Below are positions 11,444 to 24,186 of a stretch of 64,000 nucleotides of DNA, piece after piece. The notes beneath the pieces were generated by a model, which searched no databases, was not told where the DNA came from, and worked only from the letters and a program-made list of their open reading frames with translations. This DNA is from Octopus sinensis (lineage: Eukaryota). The DNA lies in NCBI RefSeq assembly GCF_006345805.1, contig NC_043010.1, positions 49,104,001-49,168,000 on the forward strand. Direction: 5' to 3'. Within the stretch, counting starts at the first letter, position 1. Every line of letters starts with the position of its first letter. Made by a program: the position numbers and the translations under genes.

Positions 11444-13090
11444 CTTTCTCGGTCCCACTCACAGTCACTACCAACACTGCAGCCACTGCGACAACTGGAG
11501 CAGGTTGAACTGATGCTCTCAGTATAGCGCAGCCGTTGAATCCTTGGAATTTCCAGACAGGCTTCCGAGTCATCTGGTAACATAGCACCATGGCTCACAC
11601 TGCTACCACCACCGCCGCCAACACTCCCCCGACGGTAGGGGTTGCCAGCCTTGTGTTGGAACTTTTCAAGGGCACAAGCATTCATTGCTGTACTGAACTT
11701 CAATGTTCCTTTGCAGTCTGGCTCCGTGACGCGATTCGAGTGGCACACCTTCCGCTTGTTCTTAATTAGGTCTCCTCCAGCGTGGCTAGTTGCCTCCGTG
11801 CTGCGACGGCAGCTCCCTAAGTAGTGACTTGATGGCCGGATTGTTGCAGCTGATTCAGCACACTCTTGTAACAGATGATCATGGCTTGGGTTGTGTGCTG
11901 AGTGAACTTGTTGTTTGTGATTACTCTGTTGCTGCTGTTGCTGTTGTTGTTGTTGTTGTGGCTGCTGTGACAGTGATGGAGGTGAAGATGAAGAATTCTG
12001 TTGCACATCCTGCTGTGGCTGCTGCTTCTGCTGTAGTCCTACATCATGTATAGCATCTATGTCCTCGACAGAACTCGACGGTTGTATTGATATACGAGGA
12101 ATTTCAAACTGAATATCATACTGCCAACTTTGGGTCATTGCAGGCGGTATATCCATGGTGGAAGGGAGCTGGGGTGACAGAGATGAAGAGGGTGGCATGA
12201 ATGAGGGCAATGTCAGGTTCTGGCTCACTAGGCGGTCAGTTAAATCATGTTGTGTGGTCAGAATATCTGTGGATGTGTTGGGGCTCTCGCAAGCCTCCTG
12301 TTTGTGTCGAACTTGTTTGGGGGATGGAGTAGATGATGGTGAGGATGGGTAAGGGTGTTGATAGCTTAATGAATGTGACTCTTGTTGAAGCTGTGATGGT
12401 GACGGGTAAGATGGATTTACTGGTAAACTTGCTGTGTCACAAAGTTCAGCTCCACAACTAGCCTGGGCAGCACCAACTCTGTCATTTGGAATGTTGTTGT
12501 TATTATTATTGTTGTTGTTAGTATTACTACTGGTACTACTATTACTACTGCTATTGCTACTAGTGTCCATGGCACAATCGGCAGAACTGTGGTGATCATC
12601 ATCATCACATGATGACACCGGATTGCTCAAGCTCCCACTGGAGCCAATGTTCTCACTAGAAAAACCAGAGTCTTTACTGGCACATTTGTTCAGAGATGAA
12701 ATCTCTACACTTTCAACAGTTCGGTGGTCACTGGCAGGTGACCCTTTGAGTATTATGGTAACCACAGATGGAGAATGACTCATCTGTCCAATACTAAACT
12801 CACCCTCACTATCTGGAGTGACTGGGCTACCTGAGCTGGGCGAATGGACCAAAATATCTTCCTGACAAGCAGCAGAGTCTTGGTAGAGGGCAGGAGTTAG
12901 TGGAGAGATGGTTAAAAACCGGGCATCCATAGATGCAACTTTTTCTGTTTGGCAAGACACCTGTGACTGGCTGTCTATATCAGACTGATGAATCAACGAG
13001 GAAGACAGATCTATCTCTGGTTCATCTGCACTGCACAGGGCCTTCTCTAAGGTAAATAATTCATCCCGACTGAGAGTGTAAAGAAGTTCT
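11444..13090 (-). CDS. ZFYVE28: LST2 large exon (1647 nt, phase 2-2): ELLYTLSRDELFTLEKALCS followed by a Ser/Asn/Gln-rich low-complexity linker ending SDCEWDRE
   Basis: 5' end matches LST2 DLLQTLTEEELHTLERNLC; stop-free over 1.6 kb (overlaps ORF 11206..12996); acceptor cttttatcag, donor GTTAGT; phase fits the next exon. Confidence 0.9.
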
Positions 13091-13225
13091 CTGATAAAAG
13101 AAAAGAAAGAAAAGAAAAAAGGGTTACAAATTAAAAATAAATTTTACTTTTTTACATGGCACCAGTTTACACAATGTATTTTATCCACATTTTTCAAATT
13201 ATTTCACCTGTATAGTTTACTCATT

Positions 13226-13264
<39 letters not shown>

Positions 13265-13554
13265 CATGAGGTCTTTGATGCTGATGTAATTTTGTTCACT
13301 GAATGACAAAAGAAAATACTTAGAGAAAAGTTGTCAAAAAGAAAAAGGAAAAAAAATGTGTAGGTAATAAATGCCAAAATATTCTAATCTAAGTAAATTT
13401 ACAGAACATATGTGTGTGCTTTGTCTCTCAATTTTGAAAATCTATACTGTGCAGCCACATTAAATTCCTCATGTAAATCTGAGCCAGTTAGTGGAAGAAA
13501 TTGATGAAGATGATGAAGAGAGACTTGTCAAAACCAAACAAACTGCAGTAATAG

Positions 13555-13556
<2 letters not shown>

Positions 13557-13612
<56 letters not shown>

Positions 13613-13626
13613 CACACACACACACA
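13557..13626. repeat. (CA)n microsatellite; other simple repeats: (GA)n ~2657-2673, (TG)(TA)n ~8498-8538, (TA)n ~13228-13262, ~20770-20806, ~24141-24184, (AAAC)n ~41599-41624, (AAAT)n ~52213-52234, (CCA)n ~56298-56332
   Basis: Directly visible. Confidence 0.95.
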
Positions 13627-14894
13627 AGAGAAAAATACTGTGAGAATAAAAAACAAAGAGAAATGGAAGTGCTATCATTACTACTGCTACTATTATGTCA
13701 CACACTTCATGAACAATGATATTGTGTCCACCAACCTGGTGGAGGAGACAGTGGTGGTAGTTGTAATATTAGTGAAGCCTTGTTGATCCACACCAAACAC
13801 ACCCTGAAAATGTTTAGCTATAATGAAAACAGAATGACAACCTTTGTTTCATCTTCTGCAATTGTTTATGTTCAAAAGCTTTTCTAGCCATGATTATCCA
13901 GTTTTGTATATTAAGGACAACACTGCCCCATTAGGTGGTGATGGTAGCAGTCCTACCACTATAACTACTACCATTGCTACTTCCACTTTCATTACAAATA
14001 CTGCAACTGCAACTAGAATTTTTAAAGCTAAAAAACCCCCACATAAAGAATGAATTTCAGGTCTTGTTGGAGTTATTTTTATAAGCTCCATGTAGGAATA
14101 CACAAAAACACATCTGTGCAGATATATATAAATATACACACATGTCCCTTTTACTAGGATCTATACAAAAGAGGCTGTATCAGACTGTCCTCATCTCTAC
14201 ACACAACCTTCTGTACTACCAGGGTTCACTTCTATTACTAACCATCACCTGCTCTAACTTCATCTCATCACTCACCCTTACTTTTCTGTCCACCTATAAT
14301 TATCAATCACTTCTCTTGAACCCACCCCAAATAACCCGACCTCTCACATCATAGATCAGGTCTTTCTAATATTGCTGCTTTTTCTTCTAATGCCCTTCTT
14401 GGTCATTTGAGCAAAGTGTTTATAAGTTTTGCAGTGTTATTTACAAAGGTAAAAGCTAACAGTATTGGAGAATAATGTAAAGAGAAAAGGGAAGATGTAA
14501 AACAAGTATGAGAGGAAAGACAGGATAGAGAAAAAGAAATGAGATAGGTAAGTGTATTGTTATATTTTTCATCTATCTATGAAAATATAATAATACATTT
14601 ATCTATTTTCATATTACATATCTAAATGAGAACCATAACCAGCTTGTGACAGCTGTAATAGCATTGAATTTGAGTCCCTGAAAACTTAAAAGTCAATAAA
14701 TTTTAAGTTTCCAAGAACGCAAATTTAGTAATACTTGTTCAGGCTGCATCAAACAGGCTGTGCAAATTTACAACCATCATACACCACAGAAAAAAATTTA
14801 AGGTAAAGAATATATATCTAAGTACAATGTTTATAGATAAAACCTCTTTTCATTGACCACATTATTTCACCAAATATTTCATAAAAAAACATAC

Positions 14895-14996
14895 CTTATT
14901 TTGTAAAGGAGGGGCTGAAAAGGACGGAACATCTCCGACATATTGCTAGTTTCCATGTCTGGATTTAGTGGACCCTCAGGGTATACAAGAAGGCCG
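14895..14996 (-). CDS. ZFYVE28: LST2 exon (102 nt, phase 2-2): [33 protein letters not shown](R)
   Basis: Matches LST2 GLVVYADGPLN...MSELFRPFHTLLRKIR; acceptor attgtttcag, donor GTATGT. Confidence 0.95.
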
Positions 14997-15243
14997 CTGA
15001 AACAATAAAAGGTGAGCAGTTTTAAGCATCTGTGGTGCCATCAAGTAAACAATTTTAGATAATTCCATAAATTAGTGACTAAGTTAGATTTAGGGAAAAT
15101 AAAATACAAAAATCCTGAAAAAATTTTGTTTATATTCAAATAATTGAAACCAAGGAACAGAAATCATTATTTTTGTTTTAGCTTGATTCAACTTTGAACT
15201 GGAGCTTTCTTAAGTTTTGTCAACATACACAAATATGTGTGTC

Positions 15244-15557
15244 TGTAGCTTAGTGGTTAGGGGCATTTGGCTCATGATCGTAAGGTTGTGAGTTCAATTC
15301 ATGGCGGCACATTGTATCCTTGAGCAAGACACTTTATTTTACGTTGCTCCAGTCCACTCAGCTGGCAAAAATGAGTAGTACTTGTATTTCAAAGGGCAAG
15401 CCTTGTCACACTCTGTGTCACGCTGAATCTCCCTAAGAACTACGTTAAGGTTATACGTGTGTGGAATGCTCAGCCACTTACACGTAAATTTCACGAGCAA
15501 GCTGTTCTGTTGATCGTATCAGCTGGGACCTCATTGTCGCAACTGACGTAGTGCTCT
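15244..15557 (+). mobile_element. SINE family D (tRNA-derived, CORE/Meta-like central domain), single copy
   Basis: A-box TAGCTTAGTGG, B-box GAGTTCAATTC, then tccttgagcaagacacttta...ttgctcca central-domain-like motif; followed by (TA)n. Confidence 0.7.
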
Positions 15558-16483
15558 CCATATATATATATATATATATATATAAAGACACACAAGCATA
15601 TATGCCAAGATCAGTAAAGCATTGGATAGAATGTCTCGCAAACATTTGTTCTGGCACCCTCTACTCTCACCTCAAATCCTGCTGAGGTTAACTTTCTCTT
15701 ATATCACTTCTGGATTAGTAATAAAGTACCAGTACAGGGTAGTGAGATGGCAGCAATTGTTGGAGAAAAGGAGATACTTGTTCTGGGTCTTTGCATCCAT
15801 AGTTCAAATTCGACCAAGAGCTACAAATCCTACTGATGCCCATGTCACCAACTTCAGTCTTCCTTGGCACATTCCCTCAGTGCAGGAAGGTATGACAGAC
15901 TACATCACCTCTCTGTAATCATAAAGGCCATCAGTCATCTCAATACAGTTTGAGTCATCGTTACAGAAACTTTGAAGATTAAGAACACAGGGGACTGAAC
16001 TCCTGTCTCTTTCTCCACATTAACCAAACTCACTGGCAAATGGTTCCTGGGGTTTTAGACTCAGAAAACATCCTCAACAATAAAGAAACGCCACTGCCAC
16101 CGAGATTTCACATATTTATATGTGTGAACAGTTTTTAGTTCAATTATCAAAACTACTGTGTCAGGTAAACTCAGGACTTAGCTACTGTCTCGGTCATAAG
16201 TTGTAAACAACAGACATCTGTACTTACACACTAACAGAAGAATTTGCATTGAAAGTCAGTCATAAGAAACCAATATAGGTTTGTTTCTTCCAGCTGGCTT
16301 CAATAGTAAGTTTAGACAAAAGCCTTAGGATGGGGTGAAGCAGTGACTTATTACTTTAAGAAAATAGCTTCAACGTTCTTGAAACAAATTAGAATTACTA
16401 GAGAAATGAGGGCAAAGGCTAACAGAATCAATGGAAAAATCAGATAAATTTTCATATTGATATCTGATATATACTTCTGCCTT

Positions 16484-16633
16484 ACCAGTGTTCAACTGGT
16501 AATTATTTTATCAACCCTGAATGGATGAAAGGCAAAGTCAACCTTGGCAGAATTTTAACTTGGAAGGTAAAGACAGATGAAATGCCACTAAACATTTTGC
16601 CCAGTGTGATAACAATTCTGCCAGCTCACCATC
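16484..16633 (-). mobile_element. SINE family C copy
   Basis: gatgaaaggcaaagtcaacc...ctgccagctcacc is the reverse complement of the family C core and head. Confidence 0.7.
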
Positions 16634-16806
16634 TTTCTATATATTTTTTTCAATATTAAATAGATACAGAATAAGATATTACAAGAAATTTCTTAAAAAA
16701 GCAATGCATCATTTTAAAATGACTCACAGGAGTTTTGCGACAAATACTAGAGAAAGAGATGCTATGCTGTTGCCCTTATTGGTAATCTCTGGTCTTATGT
16801 ACTTAC

Positions 16807-16896
16807 CAAACAATAGCCAATCGAGGGATAGTGAACATTAGTGCAGGGTCGTAGTCATCTATCATTTCCTGAGTAAGAAGACCTAACTTTAGTGAT
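16807..16896 (-). CDS. ZFYVE28: LST2 exon (90 nt, phase 2-2): [29 protein letters not shown](C)
   Basis: Matches LST2 [24 protein letters not shown]; acceptor tttttgcag, donor GTAAGT. Confidence 0.95.
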
Positions 16897-18133
16897 CTGC
16901 AAAAAAATTTTAAAATTTCTCTTTAATTACAGAATGACACTCAAAATTGCAACAAACTAATTTTTGTCTCCAAATGAATGCACACATAAGAGTAATCTAT
17001 CTTCTTAATTTGTAACCAAATGTTTTAGAAATTGATCCATTTTAACCATTGAGGATAGTTGAGGTAAAAAAATAGAAATTCAGCATTAAAACCTGCTGTT
17101 TGGTATCCATGAGAGAGGGAGTTCTTGAAGTTAATGTGAAATTCTTATAAAAGTATAAATGTGCATTCATGTGAATTAGTGTGTGAAAATTAAAAATATA
17201 TAAAAACTATTGGAGAGAAAAATTGTTTGTGAAAATATATGAAGTACAATGGCAGAGATAGGTGGATGGATTACAGTTCACATGATACTGCTACAACCGT
17301 TCAGTGACACCCTTTTGGTAAGGTACATAACTCTGTGAGGACTTAGTGTTTGTGAATAACACTTATGTCGCAAATGAGCATTTTGTGAAGTGTCAACTAT
17401 GAAAAGAATAGCTGTAGCAATAACAATCTCAATACTATTTTTACTGCCATTTACATGATACATGTAAAATATCAAAAATTAAATTGATATTTTTTTATAT
17501 TTTAGATTTCTTTTTTAACCCTAAAGCATTCAGATTTCTCAAGTTTAACGTCTGTTTATTCACATTGATATGAATTAGTCATGCATTACCTTGTAGCTTT
17601 GCGATTTCAATGACATGATTGCTTAGTTTTAGAATATCATATCCATGAAGACGTACAAAAGCAGACACTAAAATGATGATTAATTAGGCTGTGTATTTCA
17701 ATAAATATAAGGTTACAAAATGGTGAGGAAGTCAACAGATAGATCTTCTTTTGTCAGACTTGCAGTAATTTTAACATAAAAACTGAAGACAGGTGTCAAA
17801 ACCGTGATGATAGAAAATATAAAAATGCCTAGATCAAAGTTCTCAATCATTTATGTACTGGAGTCAATATTTTCCAATTAGTGAAGGCATGTGAGGAAAA
17901 TAACTCAAAAATATATTCTCCAAATGGCAGAGTAGCAATCTGGAGAACCCTGCTCTAGATATTATGCACACAGTGATGATATCAACTTCTCAGACTATTT
18001 GCAACACCTGTAGACTTGGTTAATTCCTATTCTTAACACATCAATATAATAAAGAGGAAAAGAAAATATATTTCTTGAGATATCACCATTCAAAACAGAA
18101 AAATATGACAAACTTGTAACTACGAACAGTCAT

Positions 18134-18561
18134 ATTCTTTTCAACTCTATGCACAAGGCCCGAAATTTGGGGGGATGGGACCAGTCGATAAGATCAACCC
18201 CAGTACGAAACTGGTACTTAATTTATCAACCCTAAAAGTATGAAAGGCAAAGTAGATCTCAGCCGAATTTGAACTCACAATGTAGACAGACGAAATACCG
18301 CGAAGCATTTCGCCTGGTGTGCTAACAATTCTAACAGCTCACCAATAATAATCCTTTCTACTATAGGCAACAAGGTCTGACATTTGGTAGGAGAGGGCCA
18401 GTTGAATAGATGTACTCCAGTATGCAACTGGTACTTAATTTATCGACCCCGAAAGGATGAAAGGCAAAGTCGACCTCAGCGGAATTTGAACTCAGAACGT
18501 AGACAGACAAAATACTGTTTGGCATTTCGCATGGTGTGCTAACATTCCTGCCAGCTCACCT
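18134..18561 (-). mobile_element. SINE family C, two tandem copies
   Basis: Two successive gaaaggcaaagt.gac.tc.gc.gaatttgaactca...cagctcacc units joined by aataataat. Confidence 0.8.
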
Positions 18562-19207
18562 ACAAGCAGTCATATTACCAAATTACCAAAGACTGGGTCT
18601 TTGGTCAGATATGTTTGCACTACATTCCTTGCAAATTATATTCATCAATTTCCATGTAAACATTCCTTGCCTGCATTTAAGCTTTGTAGGGTTGAGACAA
18701 AATAAACACTGCAAATGAGAGATTGTCAAGTGTCTCAACTAACAAAATACTGATTTGTTCAAGTGAACATTAACTGTTTTGATATCAACCTGATTGATAT
18801 TGCTTTTAGTTTTATAAGGCGAAACCACATTTTAACCTTTAACATTTAAACAAGCAACTTGCAGCTTGTTTTGTGTACAAATCAACTAAATCCAGCCTCT
18901 CACACCTACCATACAATGTCATTCTAAAAAAAAACAATCATTTCATTGAAATCTCTTAGCTACAAGAATGCATGTTTAATTCAAAACAATGTGACTAAAG
19001 AAGTATTACATTTGGCAGAGTAATCTGAATGCTAAAAGGTTCAAGAGTTCATATCTAAATTTAAAAATCAAAATCCATCCACCATAAAATTCTTTCTGTT
19101 AGCTTTTGTTCCAGATAAGGTGAAAGTTAATCATTTTCATACATTAAATTGAATTCTTTATTATTTTCAAAGACATGGTCACAAAATAATTAAGTGATTC
19201 CACTCAC

Positions 19208-19297
19208 CTATGCACAGTTTCTGAAAACAATACAGTCACCTCTTGCAAAATATCATATTCTTTCATTGTCTTCACAGGAACCATTGCACTCACGTAG
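19208..19297 (-). CDS. ZFYVE28: LST2 exon (90 nt, phase 2-2): YVSAMVPVKTMKEYDILQEVTVLFSETVH(R)
   Basis: YVSAMVPVK motif of LST2; acceptor atcttttag, donor GTGAGT. Not captured by the ORF track. Confidence 0.95.
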
Positions 19298-19753
19298 CTA
19301 AAAGATAAACAGATTAGAAAACTTTATTATATATAGGTGTGTGTGTGTGTGTGTTGACTCATATAAGGAAATATAGACATTGGAGCTTGACACATTTTTA
19401 AGTCCAATTTTGTTAAACTGTCCAACCCATGCCAGCACAGAAAACAGATGTTGAACAATGAGGATGAGAACCCAAAAGCTTATTATCTCTTGTCGCTGTG
19501 TTTTCTGACTAGAATTTAATTCTTTTGATATTTGTAACCAGCAGAGAATAAACAACTGAATTAACATGACAGAATGCAGAAAGGAAGCAATAAATCTTAA
19601 AGTAATACAATGTATGTCAGTGTGTGTATAAATTATGTAAGTGTACACAGGTTATGTGTATTTGCAGCATTTATAAATCATAACTTGCTAACAGAGCAGT
19701 TTTACAATTCATGCAATTACACGTGCATGTAAGTGTTTTATATTTATATACAT

Positions 19754-20103
19754 CAGGGGTTCTCAACCATTTTTTATCTATGGAACCCTTTGATTGTTAT
19801 TTTATCCTAGTGGTCTCCCATAGCCATTAAATACTTGGAAACTAGTTTTAAAGAAACTTCTTTAGAAATTCTTATTTTGTAATTCATACATTAACTTGTG
19901 TCGCTTGAGCTATGCAAAATGTTAGAGAAAGAAACCTAGCTGTTTCTTGCAGTAAATGCCAAAGCATACACCTAAAGCAAAATTTTTTCAGAATTCTATT
20001 TAGAATACTATTGTGGATACCCAATCTACTATTTCGTTACATGGACCCCCAAAATCTTATATAGACCCTCAGGGGCCATATGGAATCTGGTTGAGAACTA
20101 CTG
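19754..20103. mobile_element. hAT-type MITE
   Basis: TIRs caggggttctcaacc / ggttgagaactactg; 8-bp flanks atatacat / atatatgt. Confidence 0.8.
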
Positions 20104-20758
20104 ATATATGTAAACATTAATACACACAGTATTATTATTTCAAAACAAAAATGTAGTTTTATGAATGCAGCAAAGCTTTTATCACCCACCATACTTCAGC
20201 TTGAGGTCTAATTACCCTTGTCTAATTACCCTCAGAATCTAGGCCTTTTTTTTTTTCACTTTAAAAAAATTAAATAAAATTAAAAGAAATTAAAAAAAAT
20301 TAAACCACATCCTATCAAAGTATCTCTGCTATGTTAAATGGAGAAGTGAAGGGGTAAATTAACAGCATGATAGTTAAAATATTTACCAGTGACCAGTGCT
20401 GATTAGCTGTGGTCAAGCACTTGGTGAACTGATAGAGTTAGTTAGAAAAAAAAAAAAAGAAAAAACCTACCATAGTAATTTGGTCGACAAAATTACAACC
20501 TTCCCTGTGTACAGTGTGTAGTTGGTAAAGTAAAACACCATCGGAGGTACATTACTTGGTGGGGATTAGTATAAAGCCTTCTCTAAATGAACTATACTAA
20601 CTAGTACAGCTAGTAATTAAATACTAGACTTCTACCTGCATGTAGTGTGTGGTAAGTGGAGAGAAACAGCAGCTTTATAAGATGGTGAAGATAATTCAAA
20701 ATAAACAAAGAAAATATACCGATTTCAAATGTAAGAACAAGCTATGTATGTCTATATA

Positions 20759-20809
<51 letters not shown>

Positions 20810-22513
20810 CATACATATATAAAGAAAAAAAATAAAGGAAAATGGATCTGAGTGAAAAGCAAAATTTCCTGGTTAGGTTACAAGGTATATTTAATCTGAC
20901 ATAAAAGTTAATTATGCATGGCTTGGGAATTAGTCATTTTTGTAGTCTATCTTACAGGTTTGAAAATACCACGGAATATATTTACCTACATCATTAGAGA
21001 CTTCAAAACATTTCAACTACCTTCCAATGAAATCAAAAGAAAAGTTTAAGCTTTATATCTGGAAGGAAATCTAAAAAATTTCCCAACCTCAGGTGATCAT
21101 ATTACATTCAAAAGGCAGTTGGAGTATCATATGTTGTTGTTGGTTTTTAGCATCAGGTGCACCTGAGCACCGTATACAATAATTTCATTATTATTATTAT
21201 ATAAATGAGGAGATCTGTGATAAAAATTCATTGTAGCTGTGACAATCTTATTTTATTTTCAGACAGCGTATTCCAAAACTATGTTATCAAATATGGCTTT
21301 CCTTTCCATTTTTTACATAAACAAAGCATGGTTTGAGGAGGTTTGGGAGGTATTTATCACAGGCCAAGCAATGACATGTATTTCTCTCTCACTAGCTTGT
21401 TTTCACTATTTCATCGGGTAGAGCCAAAAATATTTGATCTTTGAATGCCTATTTTCACCAGCATCACCACTATAACAGTAGAAAATCACAAAACTAAGTG
21501 GACAGGTTGCAACACCCATTTATTATCACAAGTTACACATACAAGCACCAAACTTATAAACAAACTTTTTCCGCACCTATCAAATGGTTACTAATTTAAA
21601 CATCAGTTATGGGCAGTTGGTGTTCAGCTTGAACCAACTTTTCTTATTAGAATGAATAAATTGCATTTCTCAGATCATCATCATCTAACATGGCATGGGT
21701 AGGGTGGTTTGAAAGATTCTGACAAGCCAGAGGGCTTGTGTTGAGCTCCAATAGTTTCTTGGGAATGGTTTCTATGGTTGGATGCCCTTTCTAACATCAA
21801 CCACTTTACAGAATGTACTGGGAATGTACTGGGAAGAGGGGTGGGATGGAGAGGGGTGGGGTAGAGAGGGTGTTTCTTTCTTTATTTTTTTGTGCCACCA
21901 GCACTAGTCAGATCATCAAGTACTCATGAGACAAGATGCCTCAACTGAGAAGGGCATAGTATTAAGGGATGTGAAAGTATGATCATGGAACAGGAGCAGG
22001 TGACTTGCTGAAGAGATGAGGATGAGTATATGTCTTCCATATCTGGAAAAGGATAAGTCTAAATTCAAGTTGTACTTGACTAAACTACTGACTAAACTAT
22101 GAAACCTTTTCTGAAGGGTTTATTTTTCTTCCCTTCTTACTTATTGGAAAGTGCAATACCAATTCCACTCATAGATCTTCCTAGACTAGTGAGATTGATG
22201 CTATTAACATTCTTTTTATGTCTTTTAAGTTTCAGTCATTAGACTGCAGCCATGCAGAATTTTTAGTTGAATGAATACACCCCAGTTCTTTTTTTTTTTT
22301 AAATCTGGTACTTATTCTATCAGTCTCTTTTGCCCAACAGCTAAGTTATGGGGACCTAAACAAACCAAGTGTTGATGGTGGACAAACACACAACAACGCA
22401 CAGACGACAAGCTCAGAATTAACATTAAAAAATAAAAATCTAATCAAAAATAATTACATAATGAGGAAATGAAATTAACACAGTGATTTCCAAGTACAAG
22501 AGACAACTTCAGA

Positions 22514-22870
22514 CATCATCATCATCGTTTAACGTCCGTTTTCCGCGCTAGCACGGGTTGGACGGTTTGACCGGGGTCTGGGGAGCCAGGGGCTGCCCCA
22601 GGCTCCAGTCTGATCTGGCAGTGTTTCTACAGCTGGATGCCCTTCCTAACGCCAACCACTCCGCGAGTGTAGTGGGTGCTTTTTACGTGCCACCTGCACA
22701 GGTGCCAGAGGGGTCTGGCATCGGCCACGATCGGTTGGTGCTTTTTTATGTGCCACCGGCACAGAAGCCAGTGGAGGCTGCACTGGCAACGGCCACATTC
22801 GGATGGTGCTTTTTATGTGTCACCGGCACAGGTATCACAACTACTGTTTCCATTGATATTTGGTTCGATG
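22514..22870 (-). mobile_element. Family B copy (~3 units); other copies at ~5330-5470, 21680-21910, 25808-25956, 30478-30690, 36186-36432, 38492-38636, 39770-39984, 40455-40600, 63890-64000
   Basis: Same tail and units. These copies produce the recurring LQLDALPNANHS-type pseudo-ORFs. Confidence 0.8.
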
Positions 22871-24137
22871 TTCATGTACATGCACTTGACTCAACAGGTC
22901 TCCTCCAGTTTTATTACACCTCTTCAGCTAAGCATCAATTTCATTGCATTTACTGAAGCAGTGATGAGAGAATCAGTAATTGATGTACAATACTGTATAA
23001 GTGTAGGAATAAATAACATTTTAAAAATAGATATACAAGAGTGAGATTAATTACTTAGAAACACCATCTACATAAAAAAAAAAAAACAGCTTGACTAAGT
23101 GTTAACATATTTAATGTAATGAGCATTAAAAATCTAATTATAGATACTTAGGCTTTTTTCAAGGACACAAGCAATTGTTTCAACCAAAGATTAAAACTGA
23201 TACAGGACTTTCAGCATATTCACAATGACTATTTACGAGGCAGACGAACAAGGATTGAAATCTGTTACGTATCCAAATGCACAGACAAATACACGCAAGA
23301 ATGTACATGGTCACATACACAGATGTGCACACGAATGCGTGTGTACGCACCCACTAGGTGACACGTGCAGCAGTTTGAACTTTGTGTCAAGCGGTGATTT
23401 TAATAGTGATAGTAAATACACAGAACAATCCTATCAGCTCTTAACATTGGACCATGCAACTTGACATTTAACAGAACATCAATAGAAAGTAGGAAAATGA
23501 GTGGGTGGGGACGATGAGTTATTCTGTAAAAGGTGTGTGTGCGTTTTTGTATATAAGAGCAAGATGAATGTATGAGACATGTGCAAGCCTAATTGCATTT
23601 AATCACCTGTATACGCAGGTGTAGAAATGGTTGCATGGTAAGAAGCTCACTTCCCAATCAGCTTTCAGTACAGTCCCACTGAATGACACCTTTGGCAAGT
23701 GTCTTTTGCTATAACCCTAGGCTGCCCAAAAGCCCTTGCGAGTGGATTTGGTAGATGGAAACTGGAAGCTTGTCATATTATTTAATTCTTTTACTTGTTT
23801 CAGTCATTTGACTGCAGCCATGCTGGAGCACCACCTTGAAGTGGTTTTGTTGAACAATTTGACCACAGGACTTATTTTTAAGTCTAGTACTTATTCTACC
23901 GGTCTCTCTGCCAAACCACTAAGCTATGGGAATGTAAATACAACACTGATTGTCAAGCAAAGTTGGGGAATAAACAAAGACACACACACACACACATATA
24001 TAAGGCACAAAATTACATTCTGACCCTCTGGCCAACAACTGATGAGGAGTTGGGGAACTTCTGTATCTGTTTTCCAAGGTGCCTTCCATGTGGTCAGGAA
24101 GGAAGCTTCTTACCACACAGCCACACCTGTGCCTGTA

Positions 24138-24184
<47 letters not shown>

Positions 24185-24186
<2 letters not shown>

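Noticed and set aside
11444-13090. TOR-signalling (TOS) motif reported for the human LST2 linker
   Set aside because: No convincing F-x-hydrophobic-D/E-x match found in the octopus linker by eye.
13737-13804. Possible 68-nt cassette exon on the minus strand (acceptor cattttcag)
   Set aside because: Weak donor (GTTGGT), frame-shifting length and no homology; unsupported without RNA data.
15244-15310. tRNA genes at SINE heads
   Set aside because: A/B boxes are present, but the sequences run into SINE bodies and do not form complete cloverleaves.
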